A DNA stretch of 37,665 bases from Macrostomum lignano (lineage: Eukaryota), in the NCBI GenBank assembly GCA_002269645.1, contig NIVC01002431.1:1-37665 (forward strand). The letters run 5' to 3'. Below the pieces are notes generated by a model. It made no database searches. It was not told the DNA's origin and was given only the letters and a program-made list of their open reading frames with translations. How positions within the stretch are numbered: position 1 is the stretch's first letter; every line of letters starts with the position of its first letter. Positions 1 to 10,945 of the stretch are shown here, piece by piece. Position numbers and translations under genes: made by a program.

Positions 1-83
1 CATTAACTGCCCTATTGGATACAGTGGGCGCCAGCTGCATCTGACTAGTCTGGACTAAAAGGGAGAGACTCCTCCCGAGCAGG

Positions 84-188
<105 letters not shown>

Positions 189-571
189 GCGGCAGAGATG
201 CGGGTCGCCGATAGGCGATAAGAGACTTGGGAACCGGCATAGCCTGCGAGCGATGCGGGCGCCGGGTCCATCCTGGAGGCCGGGGCTTCGGCCATCAAAT
301 AATCCATCCTTGCTGAGCCAGCTTGCGCAAAGCCTTTGCTCTTCTCTCTCTCGCTCTAAAAAGTAGCTCGTTTCCCTTCCCCTCGAGAATCTGCTTGGGT
401 GCCTCTTGTTTGCAGTGTTTTTACTGGCCCAGGCCTGGAAACCTCAATTGCGTATCGGACGCTAGCTGGAATTGAAGGCGATAAAACTCCATCTAAGAGT
501 GGGTCTTGATTAGCGCTTTGACCTGTGCGATTCGAGCATGCCTGCGACAATCATTCAATAAATATAGTGAA

Positions 572-801
572 TGGTGGAAGGCACAGAGAGTGTACATGCC
601 TGACGATTAGACAGTCAGGGCCGCTGTACACCCTGTGTGAGCGTGTGTCTAAGTGCGTTCCTGCGAACAGTATTGGCACGCTTGTATGCTCAGGATTCAG
701 CGGATTGGGCAGAACTGTCTCAGCGCTGGTCGTAGGACAATGTCGTCGAAGGCGTTGTTCCAGGGTGCCCAAAACTCCCCTGCAAGTATAAGATATTCGG
801 C
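572..801 (+). mobile_element. SINE-family 3' body, copy A (headless)
   Basis: Near-identical to 1288-1515 (two 1-bp indels seen). Homologous to the 3' part of the tRNA-headed element at 2368-2758 (aaggcacag...tacaccctgtgtgagcgtgtg...cagcgctggt...gtcg.cgaaggc...cctgc). Confidence 0.7.
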
Positions 802-1016
802 AAGGACGACTTAAGTAGAAGGACGGGAAACCTCGTTTCTTAGAAATTTTTTGAAGGCACTTTTTCCCGAAAAAATACACTGCGGAGATAGGAAATTTTC
901 ATTTTTTCAGCACAAAAATTGCTATAACTTTTGATAGGAGGCAGATCCAGTGTTGATCTTTTGATATGTTGTGCTTTTTTATTGCTCTATCGATATTTAT
1001 AAAGCTTTCCGTTCAG

Positions 1017-1288
1017 AAAATTAGGATTCTATGTTAATTTTTTATTCTACGTATATTTCCTGTATCTAAAAATCACAAAAATGCATGACACAGCTCTAAT
1101 ATTTGGTTTTATGAATCTATTTTATCATCTACGAGCGTATGTTACGACTATTTGCTATACAGTCAGGTAAGAAGGATAAAATAGACTCATAAAATCAAAG
1201 AGCCAAGCCGTGGCATTCTAATGTATTTCAAGCACAAGACACATGAAAATATACGTAGAATAAAAAATTAACATAGAATCCTAATTTT
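1017..1288. mobile_element. Foldback / palindromic MITE-like element
   Basis: Outer arms 1017-1063 and 1241-1288 are reverse complements, with the first 42 bp perfect (aaaattaggattctatgttaattttttattctacgtatattt). Inner arms 1102-1130 and 1170-1199 are also inverted. No coding capacity. Confidence 0.75.
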
Positions 1289-1515
1289 GGTGGAAGGCAC
1301 AGAGAGTGTACATGCCTGACGATTAGACAGTCAGGGCCGCTGTACACCCTGTGTGAGCGTGTGTCTAAGTGCGTTCCTGCGAACAGTATTGCACGCTTGT
1401 ATGCTCAGGATTCAGCGGATTGGGCAGAACTGTCTCAGCGCTGGTCGTAGGACAATGTCGTCGAAGGCGTTGTTCCAGGGTGCCAAAACTCCCCTGCAAG
1501 TATAAGATATTCGGC
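1288..1515 (+). mobile_element. SINE-family 3' body, copy B (direct repeat of 572-801)
   Basis: Direct repeat of 572-801; its 3' end abuts the MITE that starts at 1513. Confidence 0.7.
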
Positions 1516-1702
1516 CGTATGCAGAAAGCTTAGTCCAGACTAGCTAGTCCGGACTTGGGTAGTTCAGTCTATAGTCTATGGTCTAGCTACCTTAGTTCTG
1601 TCTATAGTAGACCGGTCTAACTTTGTTTTCTGCCATACCAAATCAAGTCCAGACTACTTTTTCAAGACCGGATACCCTAGACAGAGCTTTCTGCATACGG
1701 CC
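1513..1702. mobile_element. 190-bp MITE with perfect 18-bp terminal inverted repeats
   Basis: ggccgtatgcagaaagct (1513-1530) and agctttctgcatacggcc (1685-1702). Interior is rich in tagtc/gacta motifs. No clear target-site duplication, so the superfamily is not assigned. Confidence 0.75.
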
Positions 1703-2367
1703 CATTGTTATTATTTTTAATCTATAGCCCAACCCATGCCAAGGAGGAATAGAATAGATTGCTAATCTACGCTCGTATTTGCTATAGAATTGGATGTCTA
1801 CTCAATTCATCCCTGACTTAATCCACCTTCGTAAAACACTCCTCCATACTTCAGATACCGTGCCGCTTCAAGTTTTACAGAAGTCAGTTGTTGCGAATCA
1901 ACCGCCATTTCAAGCAATTGCGACTGCCGTGCAGCCTTGAAGCCACTTTACCATGCAAATTTCTGTTTTTCTCGGGCAAAAGAAGGGAAATTGGAATAAA
2001 AGAATCGAAAAAGTGTTTATCCACCGAGGCACAACCGTGACCGCGGGAATTCTTCAGCCGAAGGAAGGCCATTTTACTTCTCCGTCTTGCCTCTCCGAGA
2101 TCATTGAAAGACAAGGCAAACAAGGAGGCCGGGCCCATTTGCATATCTGATGGCCCCTCCTGGGAGTTTCTCGTTTATGCTTTAAGGCACCCCGAGTGGA
2201 ACTAAAAATACTACTAAGAGTTTGTTTGCCTCGCCAAGCCCCGACAGCCGCAATCTCTTAATCTCTCTAGATTTTCCCAAGCTCTACTGCTCAATTTCCT
2301 TCTCATACGTTGCCTCTTTCCCGCCGTCTCAGTTTTCTCTTGACTTCCAATGCTTAGCTGGTGCGTG

Positions 2368-2758
2368 GGCGGGCCAGCTCAGCGGTAAACGCGTCTGACT
2401 TTTGCGCCAGCGACCCCTGGTTCGATTCCACATCCGGATACACAACCCAGCCACATTCATTTGCGCTTGAAAATTGACTGGGTGTCTTCGTGCGATTCAG
2501 ACCTATGAGGGCCAACTCCCAAGGCACAGGGAGTGTAGGAGGCACAGAGAGGGTCGCAGTACACCCTGTGTGAGCGTGTGCATGAGTGCGTGCCTGCGTA
2601 CAGTACTGGCGCATTTGTATGCGCTCAGTGGAATGGGCCGAATTGCCTCAGCGCTGGTTGTTGGACCATGTCGCCGAAGGCAACCTTCCTGCGAATATTT
2701 TTAGTATTATTATTACTATTAATATTACTATATTATTATTATTATGCTTATATATTAT
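2368..2758 (+). mobile_element. tRNA-derived SINE (full-length-like copy C)
   Basis: Pol III A-box-like cagctcagcgg (about 2375-2385) and B-box ggttcgattcc (2419-2429). Degenerate anticodon arm with a ctttt loop (tRNA-Lys-like). Body is shared with four other copies in the window, followed by a (tat)n-rich tail at about 2697-2758. Confidence 0.75.
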
Positions 2759-3417
2759 GTACAGAACGCTTTGTTAGCTGCCAAAGTTTAGCTATTAACA
2801 AACGAACTTATAGTTACTACAGAAAGCTCATGTCTGCCTAGTGGGAAACTACAGCCGCAAACTTAAGACCAGGATTTAGTCAGATTTTGGGGGAAATTAC
2901 AAAATACTTTTTCCGATTCAAAAGTGAATTGCGTCCAGTCGGAGTAACAGCGAGGGTTGCGGGTGTGCAAATAGTTTTCCAGACCATCTGGGTACGGATG
3001 AATTCGAAAATAGATTATTTGTAAAGATACCTCTGGCACCTGGCAGTAAAGCGGAATGCCAGTGGGTAAGAGGGGACAATAAAGTGCAGCGGATGCTGGA
3101 GGTTGTTAGCGGGGGTGTCCTGGGTAGCGAGTTTCCTCTTTTACCCCGCAATCCGGAGATTCTGTCAGGCGCTGGCATGAAAAATGATGCAGAAAACATT
3201 CCACAAGGATCTGGCACACCAAACCACCAACAAGTACCGCTTTTTGAGGGCAACCCGGATCGTCCCGCTCTGGAAAGTGCAGTTAAATTCCTTCCGACAG
3301 TTGCTGCCAGCGTACAAAAAATACCTAACTGGATAACTATTGTGGTTCAACGGGCCAGAGACTATGCATGCGATGTAATATTTTCTGTCTGCCGTGACCA
3401 GTCCACGGCTATCCATC

Positions 3418-4025
3418 CCTGTGAGTGCCGCCCCTGAGGTCTCGGTCCACCCGTGTTGCCGCTACCCTGAGGTCTCGGTCCCTCTGTGAGTGCCGCTATC
3501 CCTGAGGTCTCGGTCCACCGTGAGTGCCGCTACCCCTGAGGTCTCGGTCCACCCGTGAGTGCCGCTATCCCTGAGGTCTCGGTCCACCTGTGAGTGCCGC
3601 TATCCCTGAGGTCTCGGTCCACCCGTGTTTGCCGCTACCCCTGAGGTCTCGGTCCATCTGTGAGTGCCGCTATCCCTGAGGTCTCGGTCCTCTGTGAGTG
3701 CCGCTACCCCTGAGGTCTCGGTCCACCGTGAGTGCCGCTACCCTGAGGTCTCGGTCCACCTGTGAGTGCCGCTACCCTGAGGTCTCGGTCCTCTGTGAGT
3801 GCCGCTATACCTGAGGTCTCGGTCCTCTGTGAGTGCCGCTACCCTGAGGTCTCGGTCCACCCGTGAGTGCCGCTACCCTGAGGTCTCGGTCCACCTGTGA
3901 GTGCCGCTACCCCTGAGGTCTCGGTCCACCCGTGAGTGCCGCTAACCCTGAGGTCTCGGTCCTCTGTGAGTGCCGCTATCCCTGAGGTCTCGGTCCACCT
4001 GTGAGTGCCGCTACCCCTGAGGTCT
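3418..4025. repeat. Minisatellite, 34-35-bp unit, about 17 copies
   Basis: Head-to-tail unit ccctgaggtctcggtccac(c/t)cgtgagtgccgcta with no unique spacers. Confidence 0.95.
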
Positions 4026-5039
4026 TGTACCTCGATCGGAACTAGTAGTCGAAGAACGGGGAACATTGAATAAGAAATCATTTCAAAGATTGTGCTCTAT
4101 TTGATAGAAGTTATATAGAATGATGACCGTTGGATCAGCATCCAGGATAAGACAGGATAATAACAGCAAGTATTGTGCTCAAATATAAAAGGTTCCTGTT
4201 CCGGTATTTTTCAAAAGACACAAGCTATAAGATACCGGGGCTGCTGCAGGTACAGTACTGGAATTACAAGCAATACATTATGAAAACTGGATCTTCTCCA
4301 ACAACTCAAGCATTTGCCACACCGGATTCTCAGCTAGCTGCTGCTCACTTACGGGTCAGTTGACTCGAACTCTCACTCCTTCATCAGTCAGCAGGGAGCC
4401 GGGCCCCGAATGAATAATTAATAAGTCCTTTGCCAGAGAGTTTCTCTTGAGAGACTCAGAACTGTCAGGATTCGCAAACACAGAGGGACAGAGAAGAGAG
4501 AGTATAGTGCTCAGCGGTGGAAAACGATATGAAGGTCTGTCGGGCAGTGGACAGCGCGGGCGGGTGAGCCGGGGTTAGGGCTGCTCCCTGGGAATCAATA
4601 ATATACGGCCAAGCCTGAACACCTAAGGCACTTTGTGGGCACGGATTTCGGCAGGAGAGGGGAGCTGCAGCCCAGTATTATTACAGACACGAGCCCACCT
4701 CTTAAGTAGACAAGTAGACGACAATGACACGTTTCAGGTTGAATAGTACGAGTTTTGTTCATGTCAGCGCACAAATGAGCTCAGATTTGCAAGCATGTAC
4801 GCGGCCACGAAATTGAGTTAGCAAGCGAGTCCTTGGAGATATCGGGTGGCACAATGACAATTTCCTGGCCGCTGCGCACAGATTTTCTCATTCTCTTCTT
4901 TCTCTCTCGTCCACAAAATCCCAGTAAGTACTGCCATTCGTGACTGTGAGTCTTGAGATCCCCTGCTGGTTGAGTAGCGCTGCAAACTGCCTGGTCAGCG
5001 AGTGCACTTTAAAATCAGATCTCAACTGATTTAACTGAT

Positions 5040-5815
5040 TGCAGCAGCAGCTACCCAGCCTCCATCTGTAAACACTGATCTATGCAGCAGTATCCATTGC
5101 AGCTGCAGCTACCCAGCCTCAGTCTGTAAACACTCTATGCAGCAGTATCCATTGCAGCTGCAGCTACCCAGCCTCAGTCTGTAAACACTGATCTATGCAG
5201 CAGTATCCATTGCAGCTGCAGCTACCCAGCCTCCATCTGTAAACACTGATCTATGCAGCAGTATCCATTGCAGCTGCAGCTACCCAGCCTCAGTCTGTAA
5301 ACACTCTATGCAGCAGTATCCATTGCAGCTGCAGCTACCCAGCCTCAGTCTGTAAACACTGATCTATGCAGCAGTATCCATTGCAGCTGCAGCTACCCAG
5401 CCTCAGTCTGTAAACACTCTATGCAGCAGTATCCATTGCAGCTGCAGCTACCCAGCCTCAGTCTGTAAACACTCTATGCAGCAGTATCCATTGCAGCTGC
5501 AGCTACCCAGCCTCAGTCTGTAAACACTCTATGCAGCAGTATCCATTGCAGCTGCAGCTACCCAGCCTCAGTCTGTAAACACTCTATGCAGCAGTATCCA
5601 TTGCAGCAGCAGCTACCCAGCCTCAATCTGTAAACACTCTATGCAGCAGTATCCATTGCAGCTGCAGCTACCCAGCCTCAGTCTGTAAACACTCTATGCA
5701 GCAGTATCCATTGCAGCTGCAGCTACCCAGCCTCAGTCTGTAAACACTCTATGCAGCAGTATCCATTGCAGCTGCAGCTACCCAGCCTCAGTCTGTAAAC
5801 ACTCTATGCAGCAGT
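5040..5815. repeat. Minisatellite, 55/58-bp unit, about 14 copies
   Basis: Unit gcagctgcagctacccagcctcagtctgtaaacact(gat)ctatgcagcagtatccatt. Confidence 0.95.
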
Positions 5816-8381
5816 GCCCACTCAAGGCAGCACTTTCAGCTTCTTTCAATCAAAATTCAACAGCCAGCACCTTTGCTTGCGTGCACTCACGGTTTTATTC
5901 TGCCTTAATGTGCGAAGCCCCAGTTGCTTAGGCAGTCCTTCCTATCGTGTGTTGGAGCAGTGATATAGTCTCGATGAAGGCAAGGATGCTGAATGTATGA
6001 TTTGACCCTGCAATTGACCATGCACTGGCCTGGGTGAAGATAAGAATACTGGAAGAAAGTGTTAATAAACCATGGCAGCTGCAGCAAGGACTGGGGAAGA
6101 AGCTGCTGCATGGGATGGCCACCAATGACGGCGCCTTCCCTTAGCTAGCCGCAGGATCTGACGCACACGCAGGCGAATACGAGCTGTGAATCCCAGATCA
6201 GCGCGTGAGGGGGGAGGGAAATAAGTGGATAGGAGGTGGGCCAGCCCATGATCCTGGCGTAGACCGACCCTCTGACTCGGGAAATCAGATGGGAAATGAA
6301 AACAGGAGTGATTTTGAACTCAGTCCATTGTGATCGCAGCTTGATGCAGCTGGATGCTGATTCAGGAAGAAAGACACATTGAACCACAATTTGACGGTAA
6401 TCGACTGTCCCAAGAGATGTTTCAGGAAGCAATTTCTGGGTTTTATCGAAGCAAAATGTAGTCAAGCTACAAACGGAAACGCATGTCTAATAGACTAACC
6501 CTTGGTCTGCGAAAATATTCAGGTGGTCTCACCGAGAAATCGAAGTGTTCAGTGACGCAGTTTTTCACAAAAAATCAACACATTTTAAAGCTCGTCGGAA
6601 AAAATGTGCTTTGAAATCGCTGGCTTCCTCTGCAATAATCAGCAATTAGTATGGCAAAAGGAAGAGTTAAATGGAAAGATTGAATTCGTATAAATGCTTA
6701 ATGCAGCGCCCCCGGTCGCCAGGTTGCAAGCCACGCAGAAAGCAAAACTCCAATCTGGGCGGTGCGCACTTTCTTCGCGCTTCTTTTGATACTTGGTAGA
6801 AATGAAATATTCATGAACTAAATAACAATTCTCAGTTTTAGGTGTGCGCTATTAACAGAGACATTGCAGGGTATCGGCAGTAAGGCCTCAATGGAATCCA
6901 AGACACTTACACTCGAAACTGTGCGTAGAGCGAGTCCGCATTCAGCATCTGAGCTTCATTGTGAATTCAGCCTGAAATTCTGGGGTGGCCAATTGATCTG
7001 CCATTGGAGGGTTCTGTCTAGCTACTAAACAAACAGGTGAATATAAACTCAGGCCTTACCAATAGAGAAGTGTTGGCAGTGCAAAAATGACGTTAAAATG
7101 ACGTATGATTCTTCATTATCCGCACCTGCCGAAGGGGTCACGTGAACTTAGGAAAGTAGCAAAGATCTGTTTTTCTAGGTGAGACCGCAAGTTCCAAACC
7201 TATACCGAGTCTATGCTTTGAGAAGCTCTCTTAGAGTCTTTCCCCTGGGGGATAGCAAGACGAGGGAAGGGGTGATTTTTTCAGGATCAGTGGAAAGTGC
7301 TCGGAGAAGCGAGGAATTCGATTCCTTGACGGGTTGCGGGAGCTTGGCTGAGCTGGGCAGGGAAAGGCGGATGAGAGAGAAGTTGTAAGTGGCCGATAGG
7401 GTGCAAGGGCACACAAGCAGCTTTCAGCACAGTGGAACTGCTTTGCGCGTGTCTGCGGGGTGTAGGGGGGGGGTTGAACAGGGCAGGGAGGTCGGTGAGA
7501 GACCTCGCGAACTGCAGCAAGCTATACGCGGCAGGGCGTCTCCGCAGTGCAGGAGGCATGCACGCTGTGGAGTACCGCACTGGCAGCACTCGCTCATGAG
7601 CGAACAGCCATAGCTCGCGTAATTGCTTTAAACTGCGCCCGCCCCTCCCGAAGTCATTCGGACTAAGATTTAGAAATACAGACGGAGACTCAGGCGAAGG
7701 CGGGAAGAGGATTCAGGGCGGGGGGAGGGAGAAAAGACAGAGCCGCGTATTAGCAGCTTGTACAGCTGGGCGGGCCCAGCGCACCCCGTCTGTTTGAACC
7801 TACTGCTTCACATGTCAGAATTAGAATCAGAGACAATCATAGCCGGAGCATGCATTCCCTGAGCGAAGAAAGGCAATCATTTTAGCATGGGGCAAAAAAT
7901 TGACCCAGATTCAGAGATTGAAAAGCTAAGAATGCATTAGAAATTCAAAGATTTTTCTACCGCTCGAGACACGCACTCTGCCATTTTTTGAGAAGAGCGA
8001 ATGAAATCATTGCCGAATTAATCTATCAGCTACCACAGAAAGAATCCGAGGGACGTGCGAGCTAGTTGATTCATGCACAGCAAACTCTACTAAAAGTATC
8101 GAGAATTGATTGTGATATATTTTGCCTCTTCTCACCATTTACAGCAACCAGACCGTCAACCAATCATTGAAATGCAGGGCAAATGAAATGAGGAATGCAT
8201 AAAAATTTTGGGCATAACAGACAGCCGCGGGGAGACCCGACCCTTGCAAAAACCAAATTGTGTGAGTTTTAGGTATGTGATGCCAAATATGCTCAAAGCC
8301 ACATTCAGTCACGCCAGCATTAAGTGATTCGTAGATTTTAATTAGTCGATAAGCTTCAAAGCCAGACAGGCCCGCCGCTTC

Positions 8382-10573
8382 ATGTGTCTGCGAAGTTGGC
8401 AGTCAGCAGAGCGGCGCCGTCAGCAGCGCAGGCGAGAGAAGGTGGCGCGGGCCGCGGCGATGGTCCAGCTGGGCGCCGGCTGCTGCTCGGTGGCCGCCGC
8501 CCTGGCCTGCCGTTTCGACGGCTGTTTTGCCGATTTTCTTGCCGTCGGCGCCTGGACTGGCGGCTTCCAGGTGGCCTGCGGTCTACTGGCGCTGACCTTG
8601 CCACGTTGCCGCGGTTGCCGCGGCCGCACTGATTCTGACATCGGCCAGGACGGCGATGGCGACGACGAAGATGGGAGCGGATGCACCACCTCGGCGCTGA
8701 CTGGCGTGCTCGGCCTGCTGGCAGCGCTCCTGGCGGTCATGGCGGCCGGAGTCTCCGCCGTTGGTCTCGCACTGGAAGCTGACTTGAGACGGCTTGCCTC
8801 GACTAGCGAGAGCGGCGGCGATGTTGTGGAACGATGCAGCGGCGTCGATAGGCGAACAGCTCTGCTGGCGCTCGGACTCTGCACCCAGGCTGTACAGGTG
8901 AGCTCTGCCAGTCCGTTCCAGTTTTTTTTAAGAATATTTTGGGTACTTCAGTAACCATGCAATGCCCCTGACATTCAAAGGAAGCGTCTAGACTTTCGTG
9001 ATGGGACCTTCCGAAATTCTGGCTGTCAGTCTACAAAAAATCGAACCTATAAACTCATCTACCGTTTTAAATCATTTTTTTACCTCCGAAGCTTTCTCAG
9101 GTTTGTTCACTCGTACTCTTAAGCTAGTAATCGTACTCTTAGTGGATTTCTAAACCATAACAAAAAAAATACCTGCCTCAAAAGCCTCCGCTCGAAGCGG
9201 ATAGCATATAGTTCAATACACTCGTATGTACTTTTCCGAGATATCGGTAGCTACCGGGTGGATTTCTGGATGTAGTGGTTTGCATTTGCTACATCTGGGG
9301 CTCGCTTCGCAACCCAATAAAACAGTGCCGGCTTTATCACACCTTCAAGGATGCTCTGTAAAGATTGCGCATTGAAGGAAACTGTTTCACCACTTTATGA
9401 CGCTAGACTGCCAGCCTTGCCTAGCCGGCATTAACGCTGTCAGCGCTTACTTCAGTAGTTCAGTAGTATTGGCTATTGCGTTGCTTGCCGAAGCAAATAT
9501 GAAAGCATGAGCCGTGTTTTTTGATCCCCGAACTAGCTTGTAATGCTGAACCAAGTAGCTAATTTGCCTTAATTCAATCGACTTGTAACATGGTCAACCG
9601 TCAGTGTATAGTGAAGAGAACCTATTTGCCAGCGACGGCGTACGTCGAAATGTTGTTCGGCCAACACGAGTAGCTTATTTGTGTCACGACAGCGATGTCC
9701 ACGTTGTCCAACCAAAGACGTTTCGTAGAGCCAAAACTTCCAGAGTGAACCAGACAGACAGCCCATGGTTGAAATTCTATTTATAAGAGCCGTAGCTATA
9801 CCGTACACTGGGTATTCGCTGCTCAGGACCAGAAATTTAGCGAAACCATCTGTAACTGCTATTGAAGCTAGAACATACAGAGTATAATTTCATATAAAGG
9901 GCAAAAAAAGTAAGCCACAGTAGACTCGGAAGTCACAGTGTAGGAGTACATAACTTCTGAGGCATAATATGATGCATTATGAGACCGTAGAAGCCCTGCC
10001 CTTAAGTTTTTCCTTAGGCCCAGAGATATTTAGTTGACTTTGAACAACCCCCAACGTCTTTGTCACAACTTTCTTGTTTCTCGTCTCGTTGGTTGTTCCA
10101 GTTGTCCCTAAGATTATCCCCGATATCTCCTCGCTGCTTCGGTTCAGGTTCCCGCAGGCTGCGCCCTTTTTGCCCTGTCCCTCGTACGCCGAACTGAAGA
10201 CGGCGAGGCTGAAGACCATGACGATGAAGACAACGACGAGGAGAAAGCTGGCAACTTCGAGCGATCTCGAAACAGTCGACGGATGGTAGGCGGTCCCTCG
10301 TCTGCAGACAGCGCTGTAGACGACGCAGAAGTCAGCGAGCGGCTTTTAAGCAACTTTGGCGGCGGATTCCGGGGCAGTCTGGATGAAGCGGGAGAGGATG
10401 CCACAGGCAGCAGGAACGGGGCGGAGTGGATACCTTTGGACAACAGGCCCGCGTCGGCTCTGGTGCTGGCGAACGCTAGCGCAGAGGAGGCCGCTATTTG
10501 CACTTGCTCGTCCAGGTCAGCTTCAGTTCGAGTCGCTCTGGCCTCTCCAGCCTCCACCCGGCGGATGCTTTGA
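8382..10573 (+). CDS. Two-exon four-transmembrane protein, MS4A/CD20-like, about 313 aa; exons 8382-8897 and 10148-10573
   Basis: GC-rich ORF from ATG 8382. Phase-0 donor cag|gtgag at 8897/8898 and acceptor ttcag|gtt at 10147/10148 join LLALGLCTQAVQ to VPAGCALFALSLVRR, completing a fourth hydrophobic helix in frame with the 10283..10573 ORF. The second helix AVGAWTGGFQVACGLLAL resembles the CD20-like GxWxG..G pattern. Acidic, low-complexity tail. Family call is tentative. Confidence 0.7.
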
Positions 10574-10945
10574 TTGATGATTGATGCTGTGATTGACGCT
10601 TTGATTGATGATTGATGCTGTGATTGATGCTTTGATTGATGATTGATGCTGTGATTGATGCTTTGATTGATGATTGATGCTTTGATTGATGATTGATGCT
10701 GTGATTGATGCTGTGATTGATGCTTTGATTGATGATTGATGCTTTGATTGATGATTGATGCTTTGATTGATGACTGATTCTGTGATTGATGTTGTGATTG
10801 ATACCCTGATTGATGTTGTGATTGATGCTGTGATTGATGTTGTGATTGATGCTGTGATTGATGCTGTGATTGATGCTGTGATTGATGCTGTGATTGATGC
10901 TGTGATTGATGCTGTGATTGATGCTGTAATTGGTGCTGAGTGATG
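10566..10945. repeat. Compound tandem array of 12-bp (tgattgatgctg) and 19-bp (tgattgatgattgatgct[t/g]) units
   Basis: Visible directly; it explains the (SINH)n ORF at 10494..10985. Confidence 0.95.

Noticed and set aside
572-1515. TRIM or LTR retroelement with 230-bp LTRs
   Set aside because: The repeats do not end in CA, no primer-binding site, polypurine tract or target duplication is seen, and the repeats are homologous to a SINE body.
2368-2440. Functional tRNA gene
   Set aside because: A and B boxes are present, but the acceptor and anticodon stems do not pair properly and the sequence continues into a repeated body and AT tail, so it is a SINE head.
3418-4025. CRISPR-like array of roughly 35-bp repeats
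   Set aside because: Units are contiguous with no unique spacers, there are no cas genes, and the context is eukaryotic.
5900-6470. Minus-strand ORFs and an LDYIL...DH pattern suggesting a LINE endonuclease or membrane-protein exon
   Set aside because: The motifs lie in different frames with wrong spacing, and no convincing splice structure or recognisable family was found.
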